Assembly: GCA_039980135.1 (NCBI GenBank)
Contig: JBDXCV010000001.1
Location: 74,914-138,913, forward strand
Direction of reading: 5' to 3'
From: Alphaproteobacteria bacterium
GTDB lineage: Bacteria > Pseudomonadota > Alphaproteobacteria > UBA6615
DNA length: 64,000 bases
Position numbers and translations under genes: made by a program. This document shows positions 29,982 through 39,853 of the stretch, one piece after another. A model generated the notes under the pieces. The model was not told the origin of the DNA, did not search any database, and saw nothing but the letters and a program-made list of their open reading frames with translations. The first letter of the stretch is position 1. Each line of letters begins with the position of its first letter.

Positions 29982-30950
29982 TCAATCGGTGGAGATGATG
30001 TCCTGGTAGACCGCGCGATCGATATTCCCGCCCGACAGCACGACCCCGACGGTCCGGCCGGCCATGGCGTCACGTTCCTGGATCAGTGCGGCGAGTGCGG
30101 CAGCACCCGCACCCTCGGCCAGGTTATGGGTGGCGGTGTAGTAGAGCCGGATCGCGGCCTTGATCTCGTTCTCGCTGACGGTGACGACACGCGACGCGTA
30201 TTTACAGATGATCGGCACCGCGTCGGCGGCGGGCACCCGGCAGGCGAGTCCGTCAGCAAACGTGTCGGCGCTGTTGGTCGAGACGGCTTCGCCCTTGGCA
30301 AACGACAGCGCATAGGCGGGCGCGTTCTCCGCGACCACGCCGACGATCTCCGTATTCAGGCCGAGTGCTTCCCGCGCGGCGATGCAGCCCGTGATCCCGG
30401 AACCAAGGCCAATTGGCACATACAGAGTCTCGATATCCGGCGCGGCGGCGAGCAGCTCCATCCCGTAGGTTGCCACACCATGGGCGAGCGCGACGTCGAA
30501 GGACGGAACCATCTCGAGACCGTGTTCGTCGGCCAGCCCCTCTGTGTATTCGAGTGCGGCCTGAAAATCATGGCCGTGGACGACCAGTTCCGCGCCGAAG
30601 GCCTGCATGGCCGCGTTCTTCTCGAGCGAGTTGCCCTCGGGCACGACGATCACCGCATCGATGCCGTTGGTCCGCGCGCCGTAGGCGATCGATTGCCCGT
30701 GGTTGCCGCGTGTCGCCGCGATCACACCCTTGATGCCGGGCTTCTGCGCGCGCAGGTTGGCCATATGCACCAGCCCGCCGCGCACCTTGAAGGCGCCGGT
30801 GGGCGTGTGGTTCTCATGCTTCACCCAGACATTCGCGCCGGTCGCCGCGGCGAGCAGGGGCCAGGCATATTGCGGGGTCGAGGACATCGCCGCATACACC
30901 GTCCCGGCGGCAGCCTCGATCTCGGATTTGGTCGGCAATTCTGCGGCCAC
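29982..30950 (-). CDS. PLP-dependent threonine dehydratase / hydroxy-amino-acid ammonia-lyase-like (fold type II), second paralogue in window
   Basis: HTPTGAFKVRGG PLP-lysine motif, and GNHGQS. 322 aa. Confidence 0.75.
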   Translation of the reverse strand: MAAELPTKSEIEAAAGTVYAAMSSTPQYAWPLLAAATGANVWVKHENHTPTGAFKVRGGLVHMANLRAQKPGIKGVIAATRGNHGQSIAYGARTNGIDAVIVVPEGNSLEKNAAMQAFGAELVVHGHDFQAALEYTEGLADEHGLEMVPSFDVALAHGVATYGMELLAAAPDIETLYVPIGLGSGITGCIAAREALGLNTEIVGVVAENAPAYALSFAKGEAVSTNSADTFADGLACRVPAADAVPIICKYASRVVTVSENEIKAAIRLYYTATHNLAEGAGAAALAALIQERDAMAGRTVGVVLSGGNIDRAVYQDIISTD

Positions 30951-31015
30951 TCTGGATTCTCCTCACGTCGGCCCAACACGGCCCGTATGGCACCGCGACC
31001 GAATGAGCGCGGGCT

Positions 31016-31870
31016 GTGAGTTTATATTACTGGATATTGCTTGGCGCGTTCGCCGCCGGATTGCTGATGATGGGCTGGGCGGTGTTTGTCGAGCCGCGTC
31101 TGTTGATCGTTCGGGAGGTCAGCGTTGAGAGCGTTAGTTGGCCCCGCGACCGGCCACCGTTGCGAATCGCGCTGGTCGCAGACCTGCATGTCGGCAGCCC
31201 ATTCAATGACCTCGATCGGGTGGACAAGATCGTTGATGCGGTCAACGCGGCTTATCCGCAAATTGTGCTGTTGCTCGGGGATTACGTTTCGGTCTGCGTT
31301 GTGGGGGGGCGAGCGGTTTCACCGGAGCTCATTGCGCCGCGTCTGTCCCGGCTCCACGCGGAGATCGCTATTGTGGCGGTGCTCGGCAATGCGGATTGGC
31401 TGTTTGACGGGGAGCGGATCCGGCGCGCCTTTGCGGAATCAGGCATCCCAGTTCTTGAGAACGCGGTCACCAGCCTCGATACCGAACATGGTCCTGTTGC
31501 CCTTGCCGGGATTGCCGACGATTCCACCCGAACCCCTGATGTCGCCGGAACACTTGCAACCGTGCCGGACAATCAGCCTGTGATTGTGGCCGCCCATGAT
31601 CCCGCGACATTCCTTGAAGTTCCGTCCACCGTTGTCGCAACTTTCGCCGGGCACACCCACGGGGGGCAGGTGTCTTTGCCATTTATCGGCGCGCTGAGAG
31701 TTCCCGGCCGCGCGCCGCGGGCTTGGGCGCATGGACATGTGTTGGCGGGCAAATGCCGGATGTATGTCAGCGCCGGTTTGGGAACGAGTTTTCTGCCGAT
31801 GCGTTTCAATATGCCGCCCGCCATTGAAATCGTCACGCTGCGGTCCGCCGCGATCATGGAGCAGGTTTGA
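31016..31870 (+). CDS. metallophosphoesterase (YkuE/calcineurin-like) with N-terminal TM helix
   Basis: [12 protein letters not shown] ... LLLGDY ... GNAD ... GHTHGGQ metal-binding motifs. Confidence 0.8.
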   Translation: MSLYYWILLGAFAAGLLMMGWAVFVEPRLLIVREVSVESVSWPRDRPPLRIALVADLHVGSPFNDLDRVDKIVDAVNAAYPQIVLLLGDYVSVCVVGGRAVSPELIAPRLSRLHAEIAIVAVLGNADWLFDGERIRRAFAESGIPVLENAVTSLDTEHGPVALAGIADDSTRTPDVAGTLATVPDNQPVIVAAHDPATFLEVPSTVVATFAGHTHGGQVSLPFIGALRVPGRAPRAWAHGHVLAGKCRMYVSAGLGTSFLPMRFNMPPAIEIVTLRSAAIMEQV

Positions 31871-31871
31871 T

Positions 31872-33479
31872 ATGACCGTATTGAACTCCAGCCTAGACAC
31901 CCGATCCGAATTATTCGTGGAAAACACCGCGGCGATGGATGCCGCCGTGGACGATCTGCGCGCGAAGGTCGGGCAGATCGAGCAGGGCGGCGGCGAAAAG
32001 TCCCGCGCCCGGCATCTGAGCCGGGGCAAGCTGTTGCCCCGTGATCGGATCGATACGCTGCTGGACGGAGGCGCGCCCTTCCTGGAATTCTCCCAGTTCG
32101 CCGGGTGGGAGATGTATGAAGACAACATCCCCGCCGGCGGCATCCTGACCGGCATCGGGCGCGTATCGGGCCGCGAATGCGTGATCGTTGTGAATGACGC
32201 GACAGTCAAGGGCGGGACGTATTTTCCGATCACCGTGAAGAAGCATCTTCGTGCCCAGGAGATCGCCCGCCAGAACAACCTTCCGTGCATCTATCTGGTC
32301 GATTCCGGGGGCGCCAACCTGCCGCAGCAGGACGATGTATTCCCCGACCGCGAACATTTCGGACGGATTTTCTACAATCAGGCGACCATGTCGTCGGCGG
32401 GCATTCCGCAGATCGCCGCGGTGATGGGCTCTTGCACGGCGGGCGGTGCCTATGTGCCGGCCATGTCGGACGAGGCGATCATCGTCAAGGATCAGGGCAC
32501 CATATTTCTGGCCGGGCCACCGCTTGTGAAGGCGGCCACCGGGGAAATCGTCTCGGCCGAAGACCTCGGCGGGGCCGATGTCCATACGCGAATCAGCGGT
32601 GTCGCCGACCACCTGGCCGAGGACGATACACACGCGCTGTCGCAGGTGCGCCAGATCGTCGCCAACCTGAACCGGCCCAAGCATGTGGACCTGGAACTGA
32701 CCGAACCGCGCGACCCGCTTTATTCGGCGGAAGAGTTGTATGGCGTCGTGAACGCCGATATCCGCAAACCTTATGACGTGCGTGAAGTGATCGCCCGCAT
32801 CGTCGACGGCAGCGAATTCGACGAGTTCAAGCCGCGTTACGGCGAGACGCTGGTCACAGGCATCGCCCATATTCACGGCTACCCGGCGGGGATCATCGCG
32901 AACAACGGCATTCTCTTCTCGGAATCGGCCCAGAAGGGCGCGCATTTCATCGAGCTGTGCAGCCAGAGGGGCATTCCGCTGGTCTTCCTGCAGAACATCT
33001 CGGGTTTCATGGTCGGGCAGAAATACGAGGCCGGCGGCATCGCCAAGGACGGCGCGAAGATGGTGATGGCCGTTGCCTGCGCCAACGTGCCCAAGTTCAC
33101 GGTCATCATCGGCGGCAGCTTCGGGGCGGGCAATTACGGCATGTGCGGCCGCGCCTACGGCCCGCGGTTTCTTTGGATGTGGCCGAACGCGCGCATCTCG
33201 GTGATGGGCGGTCCCCAGGCGGCGAATGTGCTGGCCCAGGTGACGCGCGATAATATCGAGGGCCGCGGCGAGACCTGGTCCGACGATGACGAGGCGGCTT
33301 TCAAGCGGCCGATCGAGGAACAATATGAGACCCAGGGTCACCCCTATTACGCCAGCGCGCGGTTGTGGGACGACGGGATCATCGACCCCGCGGATACGCG
33401 GCGCGTGCTGGGGCTGGGCCTGTCGGCGGCGCTGAACGCACCGATTGAGGAAACGCGTTTCGGCGTGTTCAGGATGTGA
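31872..33479 (+). CDS. mccB: methylcrotonyl-CoA carboxylase carboxyltransferase (beta) subunit
   Basis: 535 aa carboxyltransferase with two crotonase-fold halves. The ATG at 31872 sits 1 nt after the upstream stop. The listed ORF from 31731 is a 5' over-extension. Confidence 0.85.
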   Translation: MTVLNSSLDTRSELFVENTAAMDAAVDDLRAKVGQIEQGGGEKSRARHLSRGKLLPRDRIDTLLDGGAPFLEFSQFAGWEMYEDNIPAGGILTGIGRVSGRECVIVVNDATVKGGTYFPITVKKHLRAQEIARQNNLPCIYLVDSGGANLPQQDDVFPDREHFGRIFYNQATMSSAGIPQIAAVMGSCTAGGAYVPAMSDEAIIVKDQGTIFLAGPPLVKAATGEIVSAEDLGGADVHTRISGVADHLAEDDTHALSQVRQIVANLNRPKHVDLELTEPRDPLYSAEELYGVVNADIRKPYDVREVIARIVDGSEFDEFKPRYGETLVTGIAHIHGYPAGIIANNGILFSESAQKGAHFIELCSQRGIPLVFLQNISGFMVGQKYEAGGIAKDGAKMVMAVACANVPKFTVIIGGSFGAGNYGMCGRAYGPRFLWMWPNARISVMGGPQAANVLAQVTRDNIEGRGETWSDDDEAAFKRPIEEQYETQGHPYYASARLWDDGIIDPADTRRVLGLGLSAALNAPIEETRFGVFRM

Positions 33480-34279
33480 CCATGAGTGAGAATTCGATCA
33501 ATGTGAATGTCGCCGGCGGGGTTGCCCGGGTCACCATGGCCCGCCCGGACAAGCACAATGCGTTCGATGACGTGCTGATCACGGACCTGACCGATGCGTT
33601 CGAGGCTGTCGGCCGGGATGGCGCGGTGCGGGTGGTTGTGCTGGAGGGCGAGGGCAAGAGCTTTTCTGCCGGGGCGGACCTCGGTTGGATGCAGCGGATG
33701 GCCGACTATTCGGCGGCCGAGAACCTCGCCGATGCGCGCAAGCTGGCGGGCATGGTTCGCACACTTAACGAGTTGCCGCGTCCGACGATCGCCCGGGTTC
33801 AGGGGGCGGCATTCGGTGGCGGGGTCGGGCTGGTGGCGGCCTGCGATATCGCATTGGCATCCCAGGCGGCCAGTTTCTGTTTGTCGGAAGCCAGGCTGGG
33901 GCTGATCCCGTCGGTCATCAGCCCCTATGTGGTCGAGGCGATCGGCGCGCGCGCGGCGCGGCGCTATTTCCAGACGGCCGAGCGGTTTGATGCCGAGACA
34001 GCCCATGTGCTGGGACTGGTTCACGAGGTGGTGCCCCGCGAGCGGCTCGATGGGCGGATAGATGAGTTGATCGGTGTTCTGCTCGACAACGGACCCGCGG
34101 CGATGGCGGCGTCGAAGGAATTGATCCGCAGGGTCGCGTCGGGACCGGTCGATGACGCTATGGTCGAGTATACCGCTCAGCGCATCGCCGACATCCGCGC
34201 GACCGCTGAAGGACGCGAGGGCGTGCAAGCCTTTCTGGAGAAACGGGGGCCGAATTGGCGGACGACGACAAAAGCGTAA
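33476..34279 (+). CDS. liuC: enoyl-CoA hydratase family (methylglutaconyl-CoA hydratase)
   Basis: Crotonase fold with [11 protein letters not shown] ... [14 protein letters not shown] ... catalytic Glu region. 4-nt overlap with mccB. Confidence 0.8.
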   Translation: MTMSENSINVNVAGGVARVTMARPDKHNAFDDVLITDLTDAFEAVGRDGAVRVVVLEGEGKSFSAGADLGWMQRMADYSAAENLADARKLAGMVRTLNELPRPTIARVQGAAFGGGVGLVAACDIALASQAASFCLSEARLGLIPSVISPYVVEAIGARAARRYFQTAERFDAETAHVLGLVHEVVPRERLDGRIDELIGVLLDNGPAAMAASKELIRRVASGPVDDAMVEYTAQRIADIRATAEGREGVQAFLEKRGPNWRTTTKA

Positions 34280-35205
34280 GCGTCGGGATCAGCCATCAGG
34301 GCTGGCTGAGCGCGGTCGGATTTTCCGCCGTCATCGTGTTGCTGGTGGCGGTGGGTGTCACCGATTTCTTCGGGCTGCACACGATCATCATTCTCGGTGC
34401 CGTCTTCGGTGCGGTGGGCCTGTTTCTGTGGATGTTCCCGGGCAGCCGCTTCTTCGTGCTGGCGTTTGCAAACTCATTGGCGATCTACACGAGCGTCTAT
34501 TCCTTCCTGCAGCTGACCAATTTTGCGGGTGCGGAGACGTGGGCGATTGCCGTTGGCTATCTTGTACCGATCTTTGTTTTCATGGCCGCCGTCGCCTTGA
34601 ATCGAAACAATATCCATCAGCTTTCGCGGGTCGAGGAGTTGCGGCGGGCGCATCTGTCGGGCCGTAAATTCCTCTGGACCCTGCCGATCTTCGCAATCGC
34701 CGCGGCAACATTTGCGTTGCCCCGTCTCGGTTTTGAGGGGGGCACAATCAGCCTGGTGCTTGTGGGGTCGATGGGGGTCATCGCCCTCCTTGTGGCGGGG
34801 GTCAGTCGGCAAATTTGCCTGTTCCTGATCGACACCGGGCTGCTGTTCGATCAGTTCTTCGTGCGGACCGGCCGTCTATTCCGGCCGGCCTTCGCATTTT
34901 TTACCCTCTATTCGTTCATCGTGATTGTGTTCGCGATGATATTTCGGATCATGGACCGCCTCGCGGCGGAGCCCATTTTCTTCGTCGAGGGTGCGCGGTC
35001 CGCCATCAGTTTTTCCGATGGCCTGTATTTTTCACTCATCACCATGTCCACGGTCGGCTATGGCGATATCACGCCGGCGGGCGAAGCCGTGCGGGTTGTG
35101 GCGGCAATCGAAGTGATGTTCGGAATTCTGCTGTTCCTGTTCGGGTTCGCCGAAATCATGCGTTACGTCCGCGAAGCGGACGGCAAATCCGGAGCAGATC
35201 AATGA
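34255..35205 (+). CDS. potassium channel family protein (Ion_trans_2 pore domain, TVGYGD selectivity filter)
   Basis: Several N-terminal TM helices, pore helix and filter LITMSTVGYGDITP, then inner helix. Overlaps the liuC 3' end by 25 nt and the mccA start by 4 nt. Confidence 0.7.
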   Translation: MADDDKSVSVGISHQGWLSAVGFSAVIVLLVAVGVTDFFGLHTIIILGAVFGAVGLFLWMFPGSRFFVLAFANSLAIYTSVYSFLQLTNFAGAETWAIAVGYLVPIFVFMAAVALNRNNIHQLSRVEELRRAHLSGRKFLWTLPIFAIAAATFALPRLGFEGGTISLVLVGSMGVIALLVAGVSRQICLFLIDTGLLFDQFFVRTGRLFRPAFAFFTLYSFIVIVFAMIFRIMDRLAAEPIFFVEGARSAISFSDGLYFSLITMSTVGYGDITPAGEAVRVVAAIEVMFGILLFLFGFAEIMRYVREADGKSGADQ

Positions 35206-37181
35206 TCGAACGCCTGTTGATCGCCAACCGTGGTGAAATCGCGGTTCGTGTTGCGCGCACGGCGCAACGCATGGGCATTCACGTGATCGCGGTCTACTCC
35301 GACACGGATGTGTCCGCGATGCATGTCGCCGTGGCGGATGAGGCCGTGCGCATCGGCCCCGATGCGGCGGCGGAGAGCTACCTGAACATCGATGCCGTGA
35401 TCAAGGCGGCACGCAGCACCGGCGCCGATGCGATCCATCCCGGCTACGGGTTCCTGTCGGAAAATGCGGATTTTGCCGATGCCTGTGTGGCGGCGGGCAT
35501 CCGGCTGGTCGGGCCGAGCGCCGCGGCGATGCGTGCGATGGGCGACAAGGCGGCCTCGAAGGACGTGATGTCCAAAGCGGATGTGCCATTGGTGCCCGGC
35601 TATCACGGCGCGGACCAGGACCTCGCGACCCTGGCGGCCGAGGCCGTGAAAATCGGCTTTCCGGTTCTGATCAAGGCATCCGCCGGTGGCGGCGGGCGGG
35701 GCATGCGGATCGTCGAGAATCCGGGAGGGTTCGATGAGGCGCTCGCCGCGGCGCAACGCGAAGCGCGTGGTGCTTTCGGCAATGACCGCGTGTTGATCGA
35801 GAAATACCTGACGACGCCCCGGCATATCGAGGTTCAGGTTTTCGGCGACGATCACGGTCATGTGGTGCACCTGTTCGAGCGTGATTGCTCGTTGCAGCGT
35901 CGCTATCAGAAGGTGGTGGAAGAGGCACCGGCGCCGGGGATGTCCGAAGAACGCCGGGGGGAGATCGGTGCCGCCGCGGTCGCCGCGGCGCGGGCCATCG
36001 ATTATTCGGGCGCGGGTACGGTCGAGTTTATCGTCGACGCGGCGAATGGCGGCGCCAACGGGCCGTTCTATTTCATGGAAATGAACACCCGTCTGCAGGT
36101 CGAGCATCCCGTCACCGAGTTCATCACGGGGCTGGATCTCGTCGAGTGGCAACTGCGTGTCGCCGATGGCGAGGCGTTACCGCTGGGGCAGGGTGATATC
36201 AGGCTGAACGGTCACGCGATCGAGGCGCGGCTCTATGCCGAAGACCCGGAGCGCGATTTTCTGCCTTCCCCCGGCCATGTCGTTGCGTTCGATGCGCCGG
36301 AGATGGGGCCCTCGGTGCGCATCGACACGGGTGTCGCGACGGGCGACGACATTGCGGTTTCCTACGACCCGATGATTGCCAAGATCATTGCTCATGGCGC
36401 CGACCGGGAGGCCGCGATCTCGGCGCTTGACCGGGTGTTGGCCCAGCTTGCTTGTGTCGGGCCGGTGACCAATCAGGCTTTCCTGCGCCGGGCGATCACG
36501 CATCCTGCGTTTGTCGCCGGCACGGTGGATACGAGTTTCATCGACCGGCACCGCGACGCGCTTATCCCGTCTCGTGACGGCGTGCCCGATGATGCGCTCG
36601 CGGCGGTCGTGACGCGACTCCTCGCGCAACGCCGGACCGACGCTTTGGCGCGGGCCGTCGCGCGCGGCGAGGCGAATTCGCCCTGGGCGGCATCTGACAG
36701 CTGGCGCACCAACCTTCTGAATTCGGAGACACTTCTGTTTCGCGATGGCGAGACGGAAATTTCGGTTGCCGTTGTTCATGACGCGGAACGGGTCTCGCTG
36801 ACATTGCCCAACGGGCAGGTCATCGATGCGCAGATCGGGCACGGCGGCTGGTCTGCTTATCTGTCCGGCAACCTTTTCTTCGCCGTTGCGGAAGGTACGC
36901 AGTTGCGGCTCGAGCGTGTCGTTGCGGTCGACGAGGCATCGGAACGGGCGGGTGCATCGGGCGGGCTGAACGCGCCGATGCCGGGTAAGGTCGTCCGGGT
37001 GATGGTCGCGGCGGGTGACCGCGTCAGCCGGGGGCAAGCCCTCATGGTGCTTGAAGCGATGAAGATGGAACATGCCATCACCGCACCGGGTGATGGCGAG
37101 GTGGCAGTCGTGTTTTTTGCCGAGGGCGATCAGGTGCCCGAAGGTGCGGAACTGTTGCAACTCGAACCCCTGGATGGCTGA
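35202..37181 (+). CDS. mccA: methylcrotonyl-CoA carboxylase biotin-carboxylase/BCCP (alpha) subunit
   Basis: [17 protein letters not shown] biotin carboxylase N-terminus, ATP-grasp, and C-terminal biotinyl domain EAMKMEH. 660 aa from the ATG at 35202. The listed ORF 34815 is over-extended. Confidence 0.9.
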   Translation: MIERLLIANRGEIAVRVARTAQRMGIHVIAVYSDTDVSAMHVAVADEAVRIGPDAAAESYLNIDAVIKAARSTGADAIHPGYGFLSENADFADACVAAGIRLVGPSAAAMRAMGDKAASKDVMSKADVPLVPGYHGADQDLATLAAEAVKIGFPVLIKASAGGGGRGMRIVENPGGFDEALAAAQREARGAFGNDRVLIEKYLTTPRHIEVQVFGDDHGHVVHLFERDCSLQRRYQKVVEEAPAPGMSEERRGEIGAAAVAAARAIDYSGAGTVEFIVDAANGGANGPFYFMEMNTRLQVEHPVTEFITGLDLVEWQLRVADGEALPLGQGDIRLNGHAIEARLYAEDPERDFLPSPGHVVAFDAPEMGPSVRIDTGVATGDDIAVSYDPMIAKIIAHGADREAAISALDRVLAQLACVGPVTNQAFLRRAITHPAFVAGTVDTSFIDRHRDALIPSRDGVPDDALAAVVTRLLAQRRTDALARAVARGEANSPWAASDSWRTNLLNSETLLFRDGETEISVAVVHDAERVSLTLPNGQVIDAQIGHGGWSAYLSGNLFFAVAEGTQLRLERVVAVDEASERAGASGGLNAPMPGKVVRVMVAAGDRVSRGQALMVLEAMKMEHAITAPGDGEVAVVFFAEGDQVPEGAELLQLEPLDG

Positions 37182-38085
37182 GATGACGCGACCGAACAGG
37201 GTGGAGATTGTCGATGTGGGGCCGCGCGACGGGCTGCAGGCGGAGCCGGGCATGGTCTCGACGGCAGACAAGATCACACTGATCGACATGCTTTCGGATG
37301 CCGCGGTTCCGGCGATCGAGGCCGGCGCTTTTGTATCGCCGAAATGGGTGCCGCAGATGGCCGATGCGGCGGAGGTTCTGGCCGGCATACGGCGCCGGCC
37401 GGGAACGCGTTACCCGGTGCTTGTGCCCAATGCGCGAGGCCTGGAGGGCGCAATGGCGGCCGGGGTCGAGGAAATTGCGATTTTCGGCGCCGCCTCGGAG
37501 ACGTTTTCCCAGAAAAACATCAATTGCTCGATCGACGAGAGCCTTGAGCGGTTCCGCCCCGTGGCCGCCGCCGCGCTGGCGGCCGGGATGAAAGTGCGCG
37601 GCTATATCTCCTGCGTGCTCGGCTGTCCCTATGAAGGCGATGTGGCGATTGAGAATGTGGTGCGTGTCGCCCGGGCGCTGGACGACATGTCGTGCTACGA
37701 GATCAGCCTGGGCGACACCATCGGAGTCGGCACGCCGACGCGCGCGCGGGCCATGGTGGACGCGGTTTCGGCGGTTGTGCCGGTTGCGCGGCTCGCCCTG
37801 CATTTCCACGACACCTATGGCCAGGCGCTCGCGAACATCTTGTCCTGTCTCGATGCCGGCGTCGCGACAGTGGATTCCGCTGTTGCCGGTTTGGGAGGAT
37901 GCCCGTACGCGCCTGGCGCTTCGGGAAATGTCGCCACGGAAGACGTGGTCTATATGCTGCATGGCATGGGAATCGAAACCGGCGTGGATATGGCGAAACT
38001 GGTGGATGCCGGGCAGTTCATCTGCGATGTGCTTGGGCGCGCGCCGACTTCGAAGGCCGCGCAGGCGTTCCGCGCGAATAGGTAG
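37174..38085 (+). CDS. liuE: hydroxymethylglutaryl-CoA lyase
   Basis: [13 protein letters not shown] ... TIM-barrel DRE-TIM motifs and C-terminal [22 protein letters not shown]. The start overlaps the mccA stop. Confidence 0.9.
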   Translation: MAEMTRPNRVEIVDVGPRDGLQAEPGMVSTADKITLIDMLSDAAVPAIEAGAFVSPKWVPQMADAAEVLAGIRRRPGTRYPVLVPNARGLEGAMAAGVEEIAIFGAASETFSQKNINCSIDESLERFRPVAAAALAAGMKVRGYISCVLGCPYEGDVAIENVVRVARALDDMSCYEISLGDTIGVGTPTRARAMVDAVSAVVPVARLALHFHDTYGQALANILSCLDAGVATVDSAVAGLGGCPYAPGASGNVATEDVVYMLHGMGIETGVDMAKLVDAGQFICDVLGRAPTSKAAQAFRANR

Positions 38086-38204
38086 AATCCCGGATTAAAG
38101 ACGCTGATCTAAACCTTTCGGTAACCAGTGGATTCTAGTCTGGTTCTGCACCGGCGACTGCCCGATGCGCCCCTATCCCGTTTGGGTATCCAGAGGAATT
38201 TCCC

Positions 38205-38789
38205 GTGAGCTACCAGCTCGAAGGCCTGCGCATACTGATCATCGACGACAACGCCCACATACGGCAGTTGTTGCGGACGATCCTCTATGCCGTCGGTATT
38301 CGGGCCATTGATGTCGCCGAGGATGGCGTGACGGGGTTCGATTCATTCTGCCGGCTCGAATATGACCTCGTTTTCACCGACTATGAGATGGAGCCGATCA
38401 GCGGCCTCGATCTGGTCGATATGATCCGGACATCGCGCAAGAGCCCCAATCCCTATGTGCCGGTCATCATGATCTCGTCATACTCGGATGGAGAGCGTGT
38501 CCAGAGCGCGCGTGACCGTGGTGTGACGGAGTTCCTGGCAAAGCCGTTTACGGTCGATGTTCTGATGTCGCGCCTGGAATCGGTGATTGAGGAGCCGCGG
38601 CCGTTTGTGCGTACCGATAGCTATTTCGGTCCCGACCGGCGCCGAAAACAGGATCCCCGTTATTCCGGACCCGAACGCCGGACGGCTGACCTTGAAAAGG
38701 TCGATGTTTCGGTTCGTGATCTGTCCAAGCAGCAGCGTGAAGCGCTTCAGGCTAGCCAGGCCAACGCAACCAAGATTGCCAGCGACTAA
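38205..38789 (+). CDS. response regulator, receiver (REC) domain with about 70-aa Arg-rich C-terminal tail, no output domain
   Basis: ILIIDDNAHIRQLL ... FTDYEM (phospho-Asp) ... PVIMISSY ... TEFLAKPF (conserved Lys). Confidence 0.8.
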   Translation: MSYQLEGLRILIIDDNAHIRQLLRTILYAVGIRAIDVAEDGVTGFDSFCRLEYDLVFTDYEMEPISGLDLVDMIRTSRKSPNPYVPVIMISSYSDGERVQSARDRGVTEFLAKPFTVDVLMSRLESVIEEPRPFVRTDSYFGPDRRRKQDPRYSGPERRTADLEKVDVSVRDLSKQQREALQASQANATKIASD

Positions 38790-38854
38790 CCTTCCCTTAA
38801 CCTGACTTCGATAATTTGTGATGACGTGAAGTTCGTCGCAACGATGGGGCTGTC

Positions 38855-39355
38855 ATGGCTGAGGAAAGCCACCAAAACGGTGCGTATCAGTTGATCACGC
38901 CGCCCAACCTTCTGAAAGCGAAGGTGGGCAAGGGTGGCATGGGCGGTATTGACCCTGACCTGATAAAGCATGCCGAGACGGTGATCGGCGCGATGGGTGA
39001 CGAGTTCGCGGAAACGGTGTCAAACGAGATTCTGCGCGTGCTGGAACTGGCGATGGACCTGGAGGCGGCGCCCGACGAGGCCGAGAGCGTCATGAAAAAG
39101 GTCCGAAAGGTCGCAAACGAACTTCGCGGCCAGGGTGGCACATATGGCTATGACCTGATTTCCGATGTCTCCGATTGCCTCTTTCGCTATACGGACCGCC
39201 TTTCGAGCGCTGCCGAATTGAACCCGGATGTGCTGCGCGCGCATGCGGACGCCATGCGCGCCGTGGTCAAGAATGATGTCCGCGGGGATGGTGGTCAGGT
39301 GGGGATCGATCTTGTCGAATCCCTCAAGGCGCTCGTTGCGCGCATGACGGGTTAA
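38855..39355 (+). CDS. hypothetical helical protein, HPt-like (degenerate histidine phosphotransfer motif ANELRGQGGTYG with Asn at the His position)
   Basis: 166 aa predicted all-helical. The motif resembles the HxxKGxxxxxG of HPt domains. Sits immediately downstream of the orphan receiver. Confidence 0.35.
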   Translation: MAEESHQNGAYQLITPPNLLKAKVGKGGMGGIDPDLIKHAETVIGAMGDEFAETVSNEILRVLELAMDLEAAPDEAESVMKKVRKVANELRGQGGTYGYDLISDVSDCLFRYTDRLSSAAELNPDVLRAHADAMRAVVKNDVRGDGGQVGIDLVESLKALVARMTG

Positions 39356-39405
39356 CCACAGGCCACCCAGTTCACCTGTGTGGGGGCCGCTGCTATTGTG
39401 CGGCC

Positions 39406-39846
39406 ATGTCCGTTCATCTTGTAAAGCTCGCTGTTGGCATCGATTCCATCGACCATCTGCGCGAACGTCAGAAACAACGCATCGCTGATCGCAAGGCCGC
39501 CGGAGACGGGCCGGTATTGCGCATTCTCACCCGCAACACGCCGCGGCGTGGCGACGAACTGTTGGCCGATGATGGGTCGCTCTACTGGGTGATCAAGGGC
39601 CGAATTCTGGTGCGCCAGAAGATCATCGCGATCGAGCCGGCCACGGCCGCGGACGGAACACCGCGCTGTGCGATACATCTTGAGCGCAAGCTCATTCGCG
39701 TCCAGTCGAAACGCTCCCGCCCGTTCCAGGGCTGGCGCTATCTGGAGCCGGAGAATGCGCCGTCGGATCTGCCGGCCGGTGCGGCAGCCGAACGGGAGCC
39801 GCCGCCGGAGATGGCGGCTGAACTGCGCGAGCTCGGCCTGATCTGA
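39406..39846 (+). CDS. DUF1489 family protein (alphaproteobacterial conserved hypothetical)
   Basis: N-terminal VHLVKLAVGIDSIDHLRERQ, which resembles the DUF1489 N-terminus as I recall it. 146 aa. Confidence 0.45.
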   Translation: MSVHLVKLAVGIDSIDHLRERQKQRIADRKAAGDGPVLRILTRNTPRRGDELLADDGSLYWVIKGRILVRQKIIAIEPATAADGTPRCAIHLERKLIRVQSKRSRPFQGWRYLEPENAPSDLPAGAAAEREPPPEMAAELRELGLI

Positions 39847-39853
39847 ACACGTC

